A DNA stretch of 64,000 bases from Tubiluchus corallicola (GCA_030141605.1 JAQGDQ010000168.1:388805-452804); one strand, 5' to 3'; shown: positions 50,129 through 64,000, counted from the stretch's first letter. Made by a program: numbers and translations. The notes: a model not told the origin generated them from the letters alone.

Positions 50129-52793
50129 CGTCTGTAAAAAAATTTAAACTATATATGCAAAATTCAAAGTAAGAACGAACGTGTTGAGACTCTTCAAGTT
50201 TTGACCTATTCTAAGATAATATACAGAGAAGTAGAATGTGATACATGTTAAACAGTACTAACAATAACAAGAAAATAATTTTAAGTGGCAATTATCAATT
50301 ACAACTGTTGATGATGACAGCAAAATAACTAAAAATATTAACTATAATGATGATAATGTGATCAACGATGACGACTAGTGTAATTTAAAACAATTACTGG
50401 TTTGCAAAGTTAGGATATATTAGCGAGAAAATGAGTGGGAAAACAGAAATGAGTGATACCCAGATCCCTGCAGTTTCAAACGAATCTTCATCTAGAAAAT
50501 GGGTACCAAACTCCAGTAAAGAAAAAACTGGAAGAAATTAAAAAATTGTAATTTAAAAACTAGGAATCTAAGATACCTGAAGATGACCACAGAAATGCAT
50601 AACTGCTGCCAGTAAGCCGTAGCAATAACCTGCTGGGATTTTATAATTTGCCCAATGTTTCTGAAAGTTTCTGCAAACATTCTCATAGTGCGATCTGAAA
50701 ACACCCTGGGAAGACAGCTGATGCAAGAAGAATTTTAATTATTCATTGCTGAAATTCCGCCCGGCGGGTTTCAGACCTATCCAAACTAGGACGCGGGGGT
50801 TAAATGTACTAAATTTCTGAAATACACCCGCCAATTTTATGCAAAGAATTCATTCCAACGTAATGCTGTGCTGCGCTAGGGCAGCTAGATTGCTCAAGAA
50901 TGTTTCTCCACGGCCGTATTTCAATTGAAAATTAAAAAGTTTTGCTTGAAGTTTCCATTACAAAGCATTTCTCTCTTGTGATACGGATAACGTTTGTTTA
51001 TCCAACCAGAGGAAAAGCATATCCGTCACAACCTTAGCAGTAAGCCCGCCAAGTCATGTTTGTTTATATTTTAAAGCAGCATCTATGTTTACAACAACAG
51101 CTGTGCTACTTCGTAACACCTACTTGCATTTTCTTTTGAACTGAAAAGAGAAAATCGAATGTAAGCATCTGTTCAATTAAATCCAGTTGCTTCCCTGGAC
51201 AAAAATGAATACCTCAGATACGACCAGGTAACCTGAACTGTGAGACGTATGTAAACTAAATTATAAAAAACCAAATCTAGTGGAAGGAATCTAGTAAGAA
51301 GAACAAAACTTGATCCATAAAACGAAGGATGCAGCTAGTCTTGGTGGGGAAGATGAGATGGTAAACACTAAATAGATCTAACTCTCAATATCGTCCACAG
51401 ACACACTTTTCTGTTCTATCTTCACCGAAGAGCCTATTGCTGGCCAACAATACTCAATTTTACTGCTAGTTAACTGCCATTTCCATAGACGGCGATGCAT
51501 ATTCAGCAACTATTCTACTTAGCCTCATTATGCAAAACACCGTAAAAGTTACCAAACAAACAACATAGACAAGACCCTAAAAAGTGGGTTCTCCTAAACT
51601 GGCTTCATAGTCACAAAAATTAATCTCATTGCCTAGTAGCAATACAGATCTAATACCAGGTTTGTGGGAATTAACTTCAACACAACTGTTCCTTGTTTTT
51701 TCTGAATCGGCATGTTATGATTTTCCAGAAAAATGCCCCCATGAACTGGCTAAATTCTTAGGGAAATTTTCTGCTTAGAAGAACCGTTCCACACAGGTTA
51801 ACGCAGATTAGCCGTAGCCACGTTTACTGATCTTTCTATGAGCATCTAATGGCGTCTAACCTACGTTTCCATACATGGCTAATGATACAAAATGTTATTT
51901 CATAAATTGGTTGCCACGGTTACTGTTTATCCTAGCAACGTTGCTGGTAGCAAAGTTAAATTGAAAAATGGATTGGGAAGCCTCGATTCCACCATCATAA
52001 GAACTGACAAAAAATCTTAATATACAGGAGAGATCGCTGTTGCCATAGCAACTATGTGAAAATTGTTTACTTCAGCAACTATATAATATCAGCTGCAGTC
52101 GAAAACACTAAAACGTCCTTTGCACACTCTAGTTAAACTATAGATAGTTTCTTACACAAAATCGTCCGAAATTTGCAATTTGGAAACAAATATTGCAATT
52201 GTTATATAAACTAAATGAAAAATGGATGTATAAACAGACTTCTCCAGCAACATTGTTTGATAATAAGGCTGGCTGCCATAAACTGACCGATTCTTCTTCC
52301 TCATCGCTTCTCTATTTCTAATGTTTCAATTCGTTTCATATATTTATTTAAATATTTAACTTAAACAATAAATTTAAAAAGTTTGTCTCAATCGTCAATA
52401 TCATTTGTTTGTCAAAAAAGCTCTACATGACCTCTGCGGTTCCTTATCAGTTTACTCCGAAATTTATCAATGAGTTTTTAGACTCGAGGTTTTCAATAAA
52501 TGTAGCAACAATGAGCCATTTGAGTCTAGACTTGCTTCCTGTCGCTTCTATAAGATTTAATTTACACAACGGAATATAATTCGTCAACGAATTTACTGAA
52601 AACGCTATAAAATATATACAAAAATGTAGTTACGTTATATATGACTCATAAACTAAAAGAACACATCCAGAAGTAAGCGGACCAAGCCACGAGAGAACAA
52701 TCTAAACAAATAGGCTGTCTCAGTACTAATACCGCAGGTAATTATGTAAAGGTTTGACCGCAAAACTTTCACCCATTATGTACTTCAGGAAAG

Positions 52794-53035
52794 ATTATAT
52801 TATATTATATTGTATTGTATTGTATTGTACTGTACTGTACTGCACTGCACTGCACTGCACTGCACTGCACTGCACCTGCACCTGCACTGCACTGCACTAT
52901 ACTATACTATACTATACTATACTATACTATACTATACTATACTATACTATACTATACTATACTATACTATACTATATCATATCATATCATATCATATCAC
53001 ATCATATCATACTATACTATATTGTATTATATTAT
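52794..53035. repeat. Compound pentanucleotide microsatellite (TATTG, TACTG, CACTG, TACTA, TATCA)
   Basis: Direct inspection. Confidence 0.95.
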
Positions 53036-54702
53036 AGAGAATTCACGCAAGTCCGACATTCTAAACTATTGGCTGGCTGGACGTGATCATCATTGCCTGT
53101 TGTAGTTTTTGTCGTCGTCGTCTTGCGTTATGCATCAGCAAGAAAAACGACAATATTCTATATAATCTAAATGCCAAGCTATAATAATCAAACAACAAAA
53201 CGTTACAGCTACTTATTAATACTTAATCGAAGAAGCCCAAACAGACCTGTTTGTCGTGCTTGCACTGGCAGGCAGCCAATTCACAGAAATTAACACATGT
53301 AGCGTGTTTTAATGTTATGCAGAAACAGAAAAATAATTAACATATGCGAATTGCAAAAAGTATTGTTGAATACATGGTTATTTCATAACGGTTCTAGATT
53401 TAAATGGCCCTGTAATAAAGATTGTCGCCAAACTTGAAAAAAACATCCAAATACTATTTCACAATGCGAATCAGTACTTGAATTTCTGCTAAAATGGGAA
53501 TGCAAGCAAACTAACGTTCAGCAAATCTTTTTGAAATATTAAAAATGAAATCATTTTAAGATTGCTAAATTAAGGAATAAGCAGTTCGTAAAACCGAGTT
53601 CTTTCATTGCTGTAGAAAATGTAGATACATTGAAGATTCAAGCCAAGCATTTGACAAAATAGCTTCTGTAAAATGTACTTTGTACCAAACGCAATCCAAA
53701 TTAAAACAAATTGAAAGAAACAGAGAGAAACAGTAGAAAGGTCAAAAGTTCTGTCCTTTGCTAGCCTCTAATCTCAAGCCCCTTATTATTTGCACGGTCA
53801 AACGTACCTATAACTCACAGTACGTATACTTCTAAGCTTCTAGTTCACAGGTCAAATACACCGTATGATTTTATTAGGAAGGAAGCCATGAAATTTAATA
53901 AAATTGGTGTCAAACTTTAAGTTGCGATTAGCTCTTTTAATTAAAGAGAACTTGTTTTTACGTTGGCGTTGACTTTACATTTTTCATTCGGCAAACTGCT
54001 GCAAATAATTACCAAAAAAAGTGGAAACATTTCCGTCTCCATCAGCATAAAGATATATTTATATAATTACAAAAAATAATAAATAAATAAGTAAATAAAT
54101 AAATAGATAAAGAAAGAAAGAACACCGGGATTTAAGTCCACTTACCAGTGCCCTCTTTCGGCTCAAATAACTGAGACAATTTAGTTTCTAAATACTGAAT
54201 TCAGTAATACTCATCAGCAGTCGGAACGAAGTTACATTCATACCTGATTCGCATCTTGAAAACACCTCCCCCCTTGTGCCTATAATTGTATTCCGAAAAT
54301 AGCATACTGAAACCCAAAGATTCTTTTTGTCCGCGAAACATTCCCCTTAGGGAAGATGAGACATTATCATCATGCGTCTTCAAGCTGAGTACAGATGAGC
54401 CTTTTAGCAACTTGCGGAAATAATTCATTCACACCGCTGTGAGAGCTTGTGAAATAATCAGGACAAATATAGTGACAACAAGACTAAATAAATTCATGGC
54501 GAAACGTATACATGTAGTTATAAACCTACAATTTGAAAATTTTGAAATTTATTCATTGATTTATTTATTTTACTTTAAAACTAAATAAATTAATTAATTT
54601 TAAAATCTTCAAACTGAAAAGGTAAAAGCCTGGAATAGTATAGGTTTATGTCATTGTTAACTGATGATTTTGAAGCTAAAATTATAAACGATAAAATGAA
54701 TT

Positions 54703-54746
54703 TATACTTTTACTATACTTATACTTATACTTATACTTATACTTAT
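54703..54746. repeat. (TATACT)n hexamer repeat
   Basis: Direct inspection. Confidence 0.85.
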
Positions 54747-55892
54747 AATATAAAAATAAAATTCACCACAGCCGGCGTTTGTAGTACAAATAACACATTC
54801 AAGGAGGGTATTCTGGTTCCCAATATATTTTTTCTGAACTTGATCGAAGCTCCAAAGTACTAAATTTAGCAAAGGCTTGGTGACTTGTTGTGTAAAAGTG
54901 CTTTAGCTAGCAAGAGGTGAAGAGCCTCCACCTGGTGTTTCGATTCAACAAAATGGTAGTCGGTAGTACAAGCTTTCATAAATTATTCACTGACAAAACA
55001 TTTCATACATTATTTATTATCTACATATGTGCCGGCAAAGAAGGCAACAACCCACGCACGTGCTTATGATAATTGTTGTTTTGTGTAATGACACAATGTA
55101 AAATAAACAATCTTATAACATCGTACACCTCCTATATGAGGCTTTTGACTCGCACAATTGTTACTTTCTCGAGTGAGTTCAACTGGCGCAACTGTAACGT
55201 ATATTTTACGTAAGCTTCAACAAATCATCCATGTGCTTCTACGTTCCAATACACAGTGCATGCCATTTGTTGATGCCAAGCATCCCTGTCAGCTGCAACT
55301 GCCCACGATGCACGTTTCTGCAAATTCAGAGTTGCATTTTCTAAATCTTTTTACAGAAAGTATATATTTCAGCATTGACCCCTTTAGGCTTTTCTGTTTC
55401 TTCAACAGCTTTTCGCATTACAGTAAGAAAAGATTCCTGTGGGTAACCTTAATGCATGTCTAATCCAATGCAGTCTTCTTATTTGATAAAAAATGAATGG
55501 TAGCCATTGGATACAAAAAACAACAAAAAGTAAGGGGCAAATAATGTCCACACATCTCTGTACTTGATTCAAATTACAAGTCTTCTACTTTTGAAGCTAG
55601 TATTATAAGCGATAACTACAGACCTGTCGATTCAGAGGTGCGGTAAGGGGCGTGTATAACTAAGGCCTCAATCCCGGGATTCATTTTAATTTCGATGTTT
55701 CAGAATGAGGATAAAGGTTAATCCCGGATTCCGGGATCAACATGGGAATTATAAAATATGTTTAAAACGCATTAAATGGTTACGTATTAGTGAACACTTT
55801 TATTACCTTTCTATTAGTGAATTATACACACCCAGCGGATAAACTGATATAGGCTCCTATAGTTTTTTATTACACATATTACACAACAGAAT

Positions 55893-56195
55893 CATAGGCG
55901 TACGATCCACGGGAGCCGGGGGCTGCACCCCCAAACCCCCCCCCCCCCCCCGATTCGGGCAATCACAAAATTTTTCGGGCACCGGCCAAATGATGAAAAA
56001 ATAAAATAATATTTTTCATAAAAGGAAATCTCGAAATTTCTCCATGCCGCCAAGTGAAGTGCCCGGGCATTTTTTGCTCATGGTGTAGGGCGAGGCAATT
56101 CCCGACTTAGGACTTTTTCGGGTTTGCGCTGCATTTTTCGGGCAAAAGTGGCTTAGACCCCCCCCCCCCCATTCCCTTGGAAAAATCAGCCCGTG
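55893..56195. mobile_element. GC-rich MITE-like element (CATAGGCG start, poly-C runs, repeated TTCGGGCA)
   Basis: Composition jump and repeated cgggca subterminal motifs; right terminus degraded. Confidence 0.5.
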
Positions 56196-57539
56196 AACAG
56201 AATAGCATTTTAACGTGGAACATAATAAATTTAATGGCAATAAAATAAATTCATACAATTTATGACTTTACTGCGTCACGCATAATAATTATTACGTCCT
56301 ACTACTCCAGCAGTCAAGTGAAACCAGCACCAGCAGCAAAACGTGAACAGTGATCGGCTGAGCAGCCTTCAGGTAAGTTTACATCATTTCACTTTGGACC
56401 TATTTACACAACGTTTGGTCGTTTACAGTGTAAGGTTTTAAGAAGCCAGCAGATATGTCTGCTGATACGTCTTGATAAAACGTCTTTCACTAACACTCTA
56501 TCCATTGCGCTGTTCAATAAGATGGAGAATATATGACCCCGGAGGGAATGAAATTTTCGAAAAATACAAACTGCATCAAGAACGCAGGCAACTTTGCGCT
56601 AAGTATGTTTACCTTGTGACTGTACCTGAGTTTCTTGTAAAATAACTGAAATCGATAATCGAAGTCACAAGAGAAAATTAACATTACATATGAGCTCGGC
56701 TCTCTTACGTCAATAAGAAACTCACAAAGCAGAAAAATATGAGCAGCGAGTTCATAGGGAAACACACAGTGTATAAGGAAGCTTTAATCAAACAGCATAA
56801 ATCTGACCAAATGTCCTAAGGAATAGCGAATCCGATCGAGCTGGTACATAAAAAAACCTAAGCTTGATCCATTAGGACCATTACAAGGTCTGTAAAAGCT
56901 TCTAGCCTTGCGGCCCTTTCCAATCAACAACTTATTAATTTATATGTCCTGCAATTACGATTTTATGCTTTAAATGTGCAGTTTTTCCGTAGTTGTATGT
57001 TTTGTGTTTAATACTTGCCTAACAACAGGGCACAACGAAGGGTAAGCAACGAATTTCTCTGATACAGTAAAATTTGGAAAGGCATACAAGTTTTAAAATG
57101 GAGCGCAGAACTGATGTATCCTCACCCACAGAAGAAATTAAATATACACATCCGATAGCTTGAGGACATAATAAGTGAAAACAGTACATTGGCGTTTGCA
57201 CAATTACACGCAAATGAATAAGGTTGTCTAATATGGACTCAAAAACTGAGTGGTCACAGTGATTGCACAGCTAGGAATTTACGCAATGCCGGATCTGAGT
57301 AAAAAACAGACGGTGGCCACCGGGAAATAACGGATAATTTTGTCTAAAATACTAGCGAATCTAATTACAGAAGATTATCCGTGATAGTGAGCAAAGTTCA
57401 GGAGCAAAACTGCGTATAAAAACAGGATGCATTAAATGTTGAAATAAAACCTGCAACTTTTCAGTAGTTACACATGAAAATAGGTGTAGTGAGTGACTGC
57501 GCCTTGACTGGGAAAGTTCCCATGATTGGCTGCTCGTTA

Positions 57540-57895
57540 ATAGTGGCGAATTTTTAGCACAGGGCAACCAGGGCTGCAGCTCCGGGGCTTCCACATAAGA
57601 GACCCCTCCATAATGTCTCCTTGCACAAGGGTTTGCTTTGTTATACTTTTCGTTTGTGTGTTGATTTAATTTAAATATATACGTTTTCGAAATAGAAACA
57701 AAAATGCAAAAAAATGTAACATTGTAAGACATTGAAAAGTTTAATTAGATATCTTATTAAAAGTTCGAAAATTGTTGAAGATACAGTAGGCCTAAAAACG
57801 TTGATGACTGGGGCTTTGCTCCGGACTGCATTAGGGAAGCTTACAGGGCTCCCCAGTGCGCCATGGGGCCTCCACGTTTCTTAATCCGACCCTGC
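57540..57895. mobile_element. hAT-like MITE remnant
   Basis: GC-rich ends; right end ggggcctccacgtttcttaatccgaccctg; similar end at ~39760-39790. Confidence 0.4.
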
Positions 57896-58559
57896 TTGTT
57901 AATAAGATCGTCTTCTGACAAGGTACCACTATTCTGCGTGAAAATGTACTTCTATATCTTGCTCCAAAGTCCAGACATAATAACTAAAAAAATACCAAAA
58001 CTTATAAAGAAATGACCATAATAATGGTCTACTGCTAACAGACGAACAATAATGTGCGGTTTCTATGTAATTCAGAATTTTCATCTATTTTTGATAATCT
58101 CTTTTTTACTATTGATATCACACATTCGCTTTCTATTTGGAAATATTTAATTAGTTCTCCCTGTCAAAGCAAAGTGTAACTGAAAACTCAACCGGAAATG
58201 CATAAAAACGGACAATGCCAGCGCATTTACAAAGGAATTCAATGTAATTACACTCTACAGCTAGGCTTGAGCTACATCTTAAGAACCGAAGATTACCCTT
58301 AATGAACAGAAGATTACGCCTCGAAATTGAACAACCAACGTCACCATCACAAGCGAGGAAGATATAGTCTTACATCCATCATATATAATGTAATGTAAAA
58401 GTCCAATTTCCTGTTATGATCGCAAAAGAGCATATATAATGCTGATCCTGGTTCTGAGTCTGATTAAAATTAGAGCAAGCCAAAAATGTTTGACTATAAA
58501 CGGAAGAGTTAAAAAACATACGCACTTCACAACTAATGTCGCGTTAAAAGTTTCATGAT

Positions 58560-60330
58560 TGAATAACTTAGGTTGTTCATTGGTTATACATTATGCCAGA
58601 AACTAAGGCATTATTCATCTATCATGTACCTTCTTATATATTACAAAGAGCGCATAGACTTCGGGTACCGTTGCACTCGTTCGCTTAAACCGATCTTGGG
58701 GATTCTCATGTGGGATTCCAAATCTGTGTGATGCTCAAGTATTGGGTCTATACATGATTATACTCGCCGGGAAAGCTTCTTCATATTTTGTTTAAAAGGA
58801 CTTGACAGCTATGATATTTACTGTGAAAGCTTTGTCCGATTGCTCAACAAAGTACTTGTTAAACTTCAAATCAGATTATACAATAATACCTAAATCACGA
58901 CAGTGAGAGTCTCTGTCCAGTTTCACATTATTCACATAATACCAGTTATTCATGTCACCTCTACCTATGTGCACAACTGCACATTTATGAGTTACAATTT
59001 TTAGCTGCAATTTGTTGGCCCAAATGTTGAGCTGCTGCAGTGCGTATAAAATAACTGTAGGCAACTTTTGTAGTTTGCTCATCTGCTGAATCTACAAACA
59101 AGCCACTGATAGTTTAGCAGGGAAATGCTTTACCACAAACGGTTTAATTAACCCAATTCATCATTTAATAATATTAATGACAGACATCGACCGAACCGTT
59201 TTCCGGCTAGTACAAAATGTAATATGTGTCGGAAATACATTTCCGAAGTAGCAAATTACTACTTGCCTTATTTAAATAACTGTAGGCAGTACTTAAGAAA
59301 GTATGTATATAATTACTTCTGTAGTTTTATTGTGCAGATTTGTAAATAGAAAACTGTCTTAGCGCACCATTAACCATGTAATGTGTTAAATGAACAGGCC
59401 TAGTATAAAGTCCAAGGCAGAAAATAACTCGTCGGGAAAAACTGGACAGCCGTGACAGTCGACATAGTAGGTTTTCCCCACTTATAGAACAAAGTTATGT
59501 ATCAACTGTAGTTAAAGGAAAGTTAGTTTTTCCCCACTTATAGAATAAACACATTAAATGTGTAGGGATTAGATACCCCAGAATGGTATGCTGAAATTGT
59601 GAACTTGATGTGACGTTTACTAACATTCTTATTTTACAGATTGCGTTATGCCGTTTATGTATGCTATTTTAATGAATGTACATCATGCTGTTTAATGAAA
59701 GTACATCATGATGTTTTAATACATTGTTTATTTGTTTCAGTCACAATATATACAGGAAACACAGAAGTGGACAACAAATATTAATAATAAACCTTTCAAG
59801 AACAGCCTTTTAGATAAAATATTTAGATTGATACATCGACTCTCCCACTTTTTCTGAGCTAAACATGAAAAAAGCGAGATCTAGGAATCAAAATAAATTC
59901 CCCATTCTCGACCTGATCCAGATTTTATTCTTGTTCTCGACAATGACATCGCTCAGTTGAGGCGGAAATTTTAGCATCATTTGCACACAATTTGTTATGA
60001 CTGGACGAAGAACTAACAACCAAGTACCGTTACCCTGTATTGTTCTCGAAATTACCAAGCGAAAAGATGAAAATTTACTGATATACCTTAGCTGATATAC
60101 TATCAATTTGCTGACATACATATTTATTTACCTATTAACTAACGTTTAGCATCACTACTTAAAGAAGCCTTATTAATAGCTTCATAGGACGTAAGCGAGA
60201 GAAGCCTGCCTGCTAAGTTCAACGTCGGCGTGCACCCAGCTATACTTTTTTTATTCAAGTGCAACTGCTCAACAACAATTGATTGTGTGATATAGCACTC
60301 TAATGCCTTCGTCTCACCTAAGTTCAAATG
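58560..60330 (-). mobile_element. Fragmented CR1-like LINE
   Basis: IQG.TVLG (~60045), CANDAKI (cf. FADD), LQQLNIWANKLQLKIVTHKCAVVHIG...CRDLGII (58876-59050); interrupted by unrelated sequence. Confidence 0.7.
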
Positions 60331-60677
60331 TCTGCGGAAAATGCCAAAAATAAGCTCAAAGCCGCCATTTAAAGAACTAGGTCATTTCCTTCTCGATACT
60401 TCGCGTCTGCGTGTTCTACGCACAAAGGAAACAAAGCGTTATTAGGAAAGATTTATATCCGCTGGATTACTGCTGCAGTGAAACAGTGAACTGAAGCCGT
60501 AAATTGTTTATCAACAGAAAGCCGCTTGGTTTCAATCCGACTTACGGGGAGTTGCGCTGACACGTGGACGCATAATTCTCAGCCAGACGGCTCTAGCTAA
60601 CGGGACCAACGAATACAGAAAAGGTGCGTGCGTGCGTGCGTGCGTGCGTGTGTGTGTGGAAGTATATACTCGTGGTG

Positions 60678-61632
60678 AAAGGAAAGAAAAAGGAATGTTA
60701 AAGTATATCCTAAAAATCTTTCCATAAAAAGTTACATTACCTAGCATTAAGTTCGCTTGTTTAAAGACTTACGTAATTAGAAAAGAAAATTCTTAATAAT
60801 TTAAAATTTTCACGCCAACTGCTAAAATGGCACTGTGTTATCCCAGTGTGCGTCACTGACTCACCAAAAAAACACATTATTTATTTTATCTTATTGGCAA
60901 TATTAAGTAATTAATATTTTTGAATTAGTTAAAGAAGTACTACGTATGCTCTGATTAGCACTTTCAGTACGAATGCTGTGATTATTTTTCGAACTTTATG
61001 CAATCTTTCAGACGAATTATAGTTAAAATTGCTGCACCTAACAGTCATCGCGTGAGTTTATTTTCAAGTTTCACATAGCGTTGTTGCTAATACAAATTCT
61101 GTGTGCTCATTATAAGACAGCATGTAAGTGATACAAGATCTCAAGAAGAATTTCTTAAAGGGGAAAAAGGGAATTTTAAAGTACATTCCAAAGATCTTTC
61201 CATACAAAATTTCAATACTTAGCATTATGCTTACCTTTCTGAATGACTAATGTAATTGTAAAAGAAAATACTCAATAACTGAACATGTTTGCGCCACCTC
61301 GTAATATAGCACTGCATCGCCATCCCAGTATGCACCACTGATTCATCAAAAAACACATTATTGATCTTACTGATAATATAAAGTAATTTAAACTTTTACT
61401 TGGTTAGTGAAGAATGTAGACGATCTGATTATTTTTTCATGTGGTACAGACGATCTGATTATTTTTTCAAACTTTACATTATATTATCTAAACATCTTTT
61501 AAACGCAAACACACTGTATGCAATAAGACAGTATGTTAATGATATAAAATTTCAGGAACTTTTAAGCTTTATTTGGGAAAAGTGTTTTCTTGTGCTTTAA
61601 GATTTATTTATGAAGAGCGTTTTTGTCCTTTA
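60678..61632. repeat. Two diverged direct copies (~60678-60960, ~61156-61460) of a Kolobok-like element end plus a terminal fragment
   Basis: Shared aaagg..aaaaggaat.ttaaagta.a...tctttccata.aaa...tagcatta and aaaaacacattat; TTAAAGG at 61156; ttttcttgtgctttaa at ~61585 matches the 28273 family. Confidence 0.6.
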
Positions 61633-61849
61633 AAGCATCTGTTGATGCTGAATGACATAGGCTTATTATTGTCAAAGGACCCTCACTGTAAAATGTCACA
61701 ACTTGTACATTATATGGTAAACCACACAATCTACAAGTCACTGCACACTTGTACTAGCTGTTACATAATAGTAATGTACATTGTACATGGCCTAGGACAA
61801 TCTTCCAGTAAATTGCAAATGTAAAGCTTGCGAAACAAAATACTAATAC

Positions 61850-62310
61850 GCAACGTCTATTATTAGGTATCAAGTCTCACACTGCTCACATAATACTAGT
61901 TATTCATGTCACCTTTACATATGTGCACAACTGCACATTTATAACTTGCAATTTTTACCTACTATTTATTAGCCCAAGTAATGATCTGCTGCAGCGCCTC
62001 TTGCAGTAAGTGGCACCGTTCTATTGTGACGAAAATTTTTTCATCATCTGCGCCAAGTACCGAACCTGCATTGTTCTCTAAGTTACCAAGCTAAAATGTG
62101 AAAATTCGCTGATGTACCGTCACTAATCTACATATTAACTTGGAGTAAATTTAACACAACGATTTGAAGCAGCCTTATTAGTAGCTTCACACGTTGAAAG
62201 TGAGAGAATTCTCACTACCAAGTTCAATGTCGGCGTGGACATAGCTGTACTTTTTCTATTCAAGTGCAATTGTACAACAGAAACTGATGGTGTGTCGGCA
62301 CTCTAATCCC
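61850..62310 (-). mobile_element. Second copy of the same CR1-like LINE, internally deleted
   Basis: QGSVLG joined directly to ADDEK; 61895-61995 matches 58945-59045 and 62055-62305 matches 60021-60305. Confidence 0.75.
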
Positions 62311-63204
62311 ATCGCGAGTGTTGTTCAGTGTAAATGAAGGCAATACCATTATTTCCACATTTTTCTACTTTGATAGAGGACGGGTATAGGTTTCAGTTTC
62401 TCTCTCTAATTAGCAATCTACGTATCAATAAGTAACAAATACTTGCAAAAAACTGTGTTAAATGAGGAAATATTGATCTAGATTTATACCGTGCTGGTCA
62501 TTCAACTGATTATACAGCGCTGATTTCATTGTTCATCTGGTATCAGTAAGACTACGTTTCCAATTTTTCCGTTCGTCTTCCTTTCCACTCGGTAATGCTT
62601 ACACAGTCATCGACAGCTTACCTGCAGAACAGTAACGCCAGAATGGTGTGTGCCAAACACCCGAAGTTAAGTAACGCTGGACTTAGTCAGTAAACAAACA
62701 ACATGGAAAACTGTACGGCCCCATTTAAAGGAGGACGCACGAATCGCGAAAATATCATCTCTGCCAGTTTTGATCAGGCCACAACTAAACACAGTAGGTG
62801 CTAACATTGAATACCGGATACCGGTTTTCAGTCGTCATCGGAAATATGGAATCATACAAAGGCAACACAAAATTAGAACGTCCCGCCAACCGGAACTCAA
62901 ACCCAAAATTTCTTTTTTCCGGAAGTGATAAAATTATGATAAAATTAAACTAATCTGAAGCAACTTGAAAAGAACTTTGAAATTAGCACCTGCTGAAATG
63001 TCTACTCTTTTCTGACACTGCCAATGATTTTCCTAAAGTGTTAGGCTGCAGAAAAAATAATACTTTCCTAAATTACACAAAATGAAAAATTACAATGGCG
63101 TTCACGACGAGGATCCAAAAAAACATCCCTAACACCAAAACCACTATTAACAAACGCAAAGAAAAAGGGACGAAAAAGAGCGTTCATACTATAAGAACAG
63201 CAGG

Positions 63205-63231
63205 AAGAGAGAGAAAGGGGGAAAAGAAAGA

Positions 63232-63297
<66 letters not shown>

Positions 63298-63325
63298 TGG
63301 GAAGAGAGAGAAAGAGAGTGAGAGT
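63205..63325. repeat. (GA)n microsatellite with purine-rich flanks
   Basis: Direct inspection. Confidence 0.9.
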
Positions 63326-64000
63326 GACGGAAATTGCTAGTTCGATTACTAATAATTGTTGAAACCACTGGGGCTGCGAAATCTAAATGCGAATGCTACT
63401 TGCAAAAAAATAAGATTACAGGCTCTCTAACTTGTCAAACTTCTCTAGTTGTGTATTTGCAATTTTAGTTGTTATTTAGCGTTAACATTATACATTTTAA
63501 GTTAACTATAAGGCTAGGACTCCATGTGCGCGCAATGCGTAATGCGTATTGACTGTTTCCATGTGTCCATGAACGCTATGCGTATTGACAAAGCCTCGAT
63601 CGCTCCGCCATTTTTATTGCTGTTCGTGAAAACTGGAAGTAATAATTTTTGGAAGCGATGTCTCATCATCATGATGAATTTCATCATCATAATTACAGCG
63701 GTGGCATTAGCTTATAATTGTACTACTAGACGGCAAAGGAAGCGCAGGTTTTAGGAGCACAACGTTTTACAGGGGAGAGAGAACTGTACGGCAAGTATCA
63801 TCATTTAGTGAAAGAACTGTAACTAGATGCGTAACACATAAATATACACTTTATCCAGCTCCCAAAAACTCAAATAGAAGAAATATTGTTGTTTGCAAGT
63901 CTTGTAATGACCATAACTCACATAACCAGAATTTACAGAAAGCCAAACAGCAAAAATTGTCACGGAAACTTGAAAACTCACTAAATCACCTAGGCAACGG

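Noticed and set aside
52754-53105. Cys/Tyr-rich ORFs in three frames
   Set aside because: Pentanucleotide microsatellite

Overview
Eukaryotic, AT-rich, microsatellite- and transposon-rich invertebrate DNA with spliceosomal GT-AG introns; no prokaryotic features or CRISPR. The neuropeptide style suggests a lophotrochozoan, but this is inference. Genes supported: a two-coding-exon ELOVL6-like elongase (-); the first coding exon of a CNRIP1-like gene (-), whose other exons I cannot find, so ELOVL may be nested in its intron; an eclosion-hormone-like neuropeptide precursor (-) with a TATA/E-box/CRE/CCAAT promoter; a kynurenine aminotransferase with an intronless CDS (+); a disabled intronless DHRS4-like pseudogene (+); a five-coding-exon METTL27-like methyltransferase (+); and an uncharacterised 172-aa protein with an RYKTQPVTF motif (-). 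The rest is LINE remnants (RTE, CR1/L2, possibly Penelope), DNA-transposon derivatives (Kolobok-like TTAA element, Tc1/mariner, MITEs), a candidate solo LTR, tRNA- and 5S-like fragments and simple repeats. I found no clearly new multi-gene system; the eclosion-hormone-like locus, the apparent same-strand nesting and the divergent retro-like aminotransferase are the best leads. All family assignments come from remembered motifs, not database searches.
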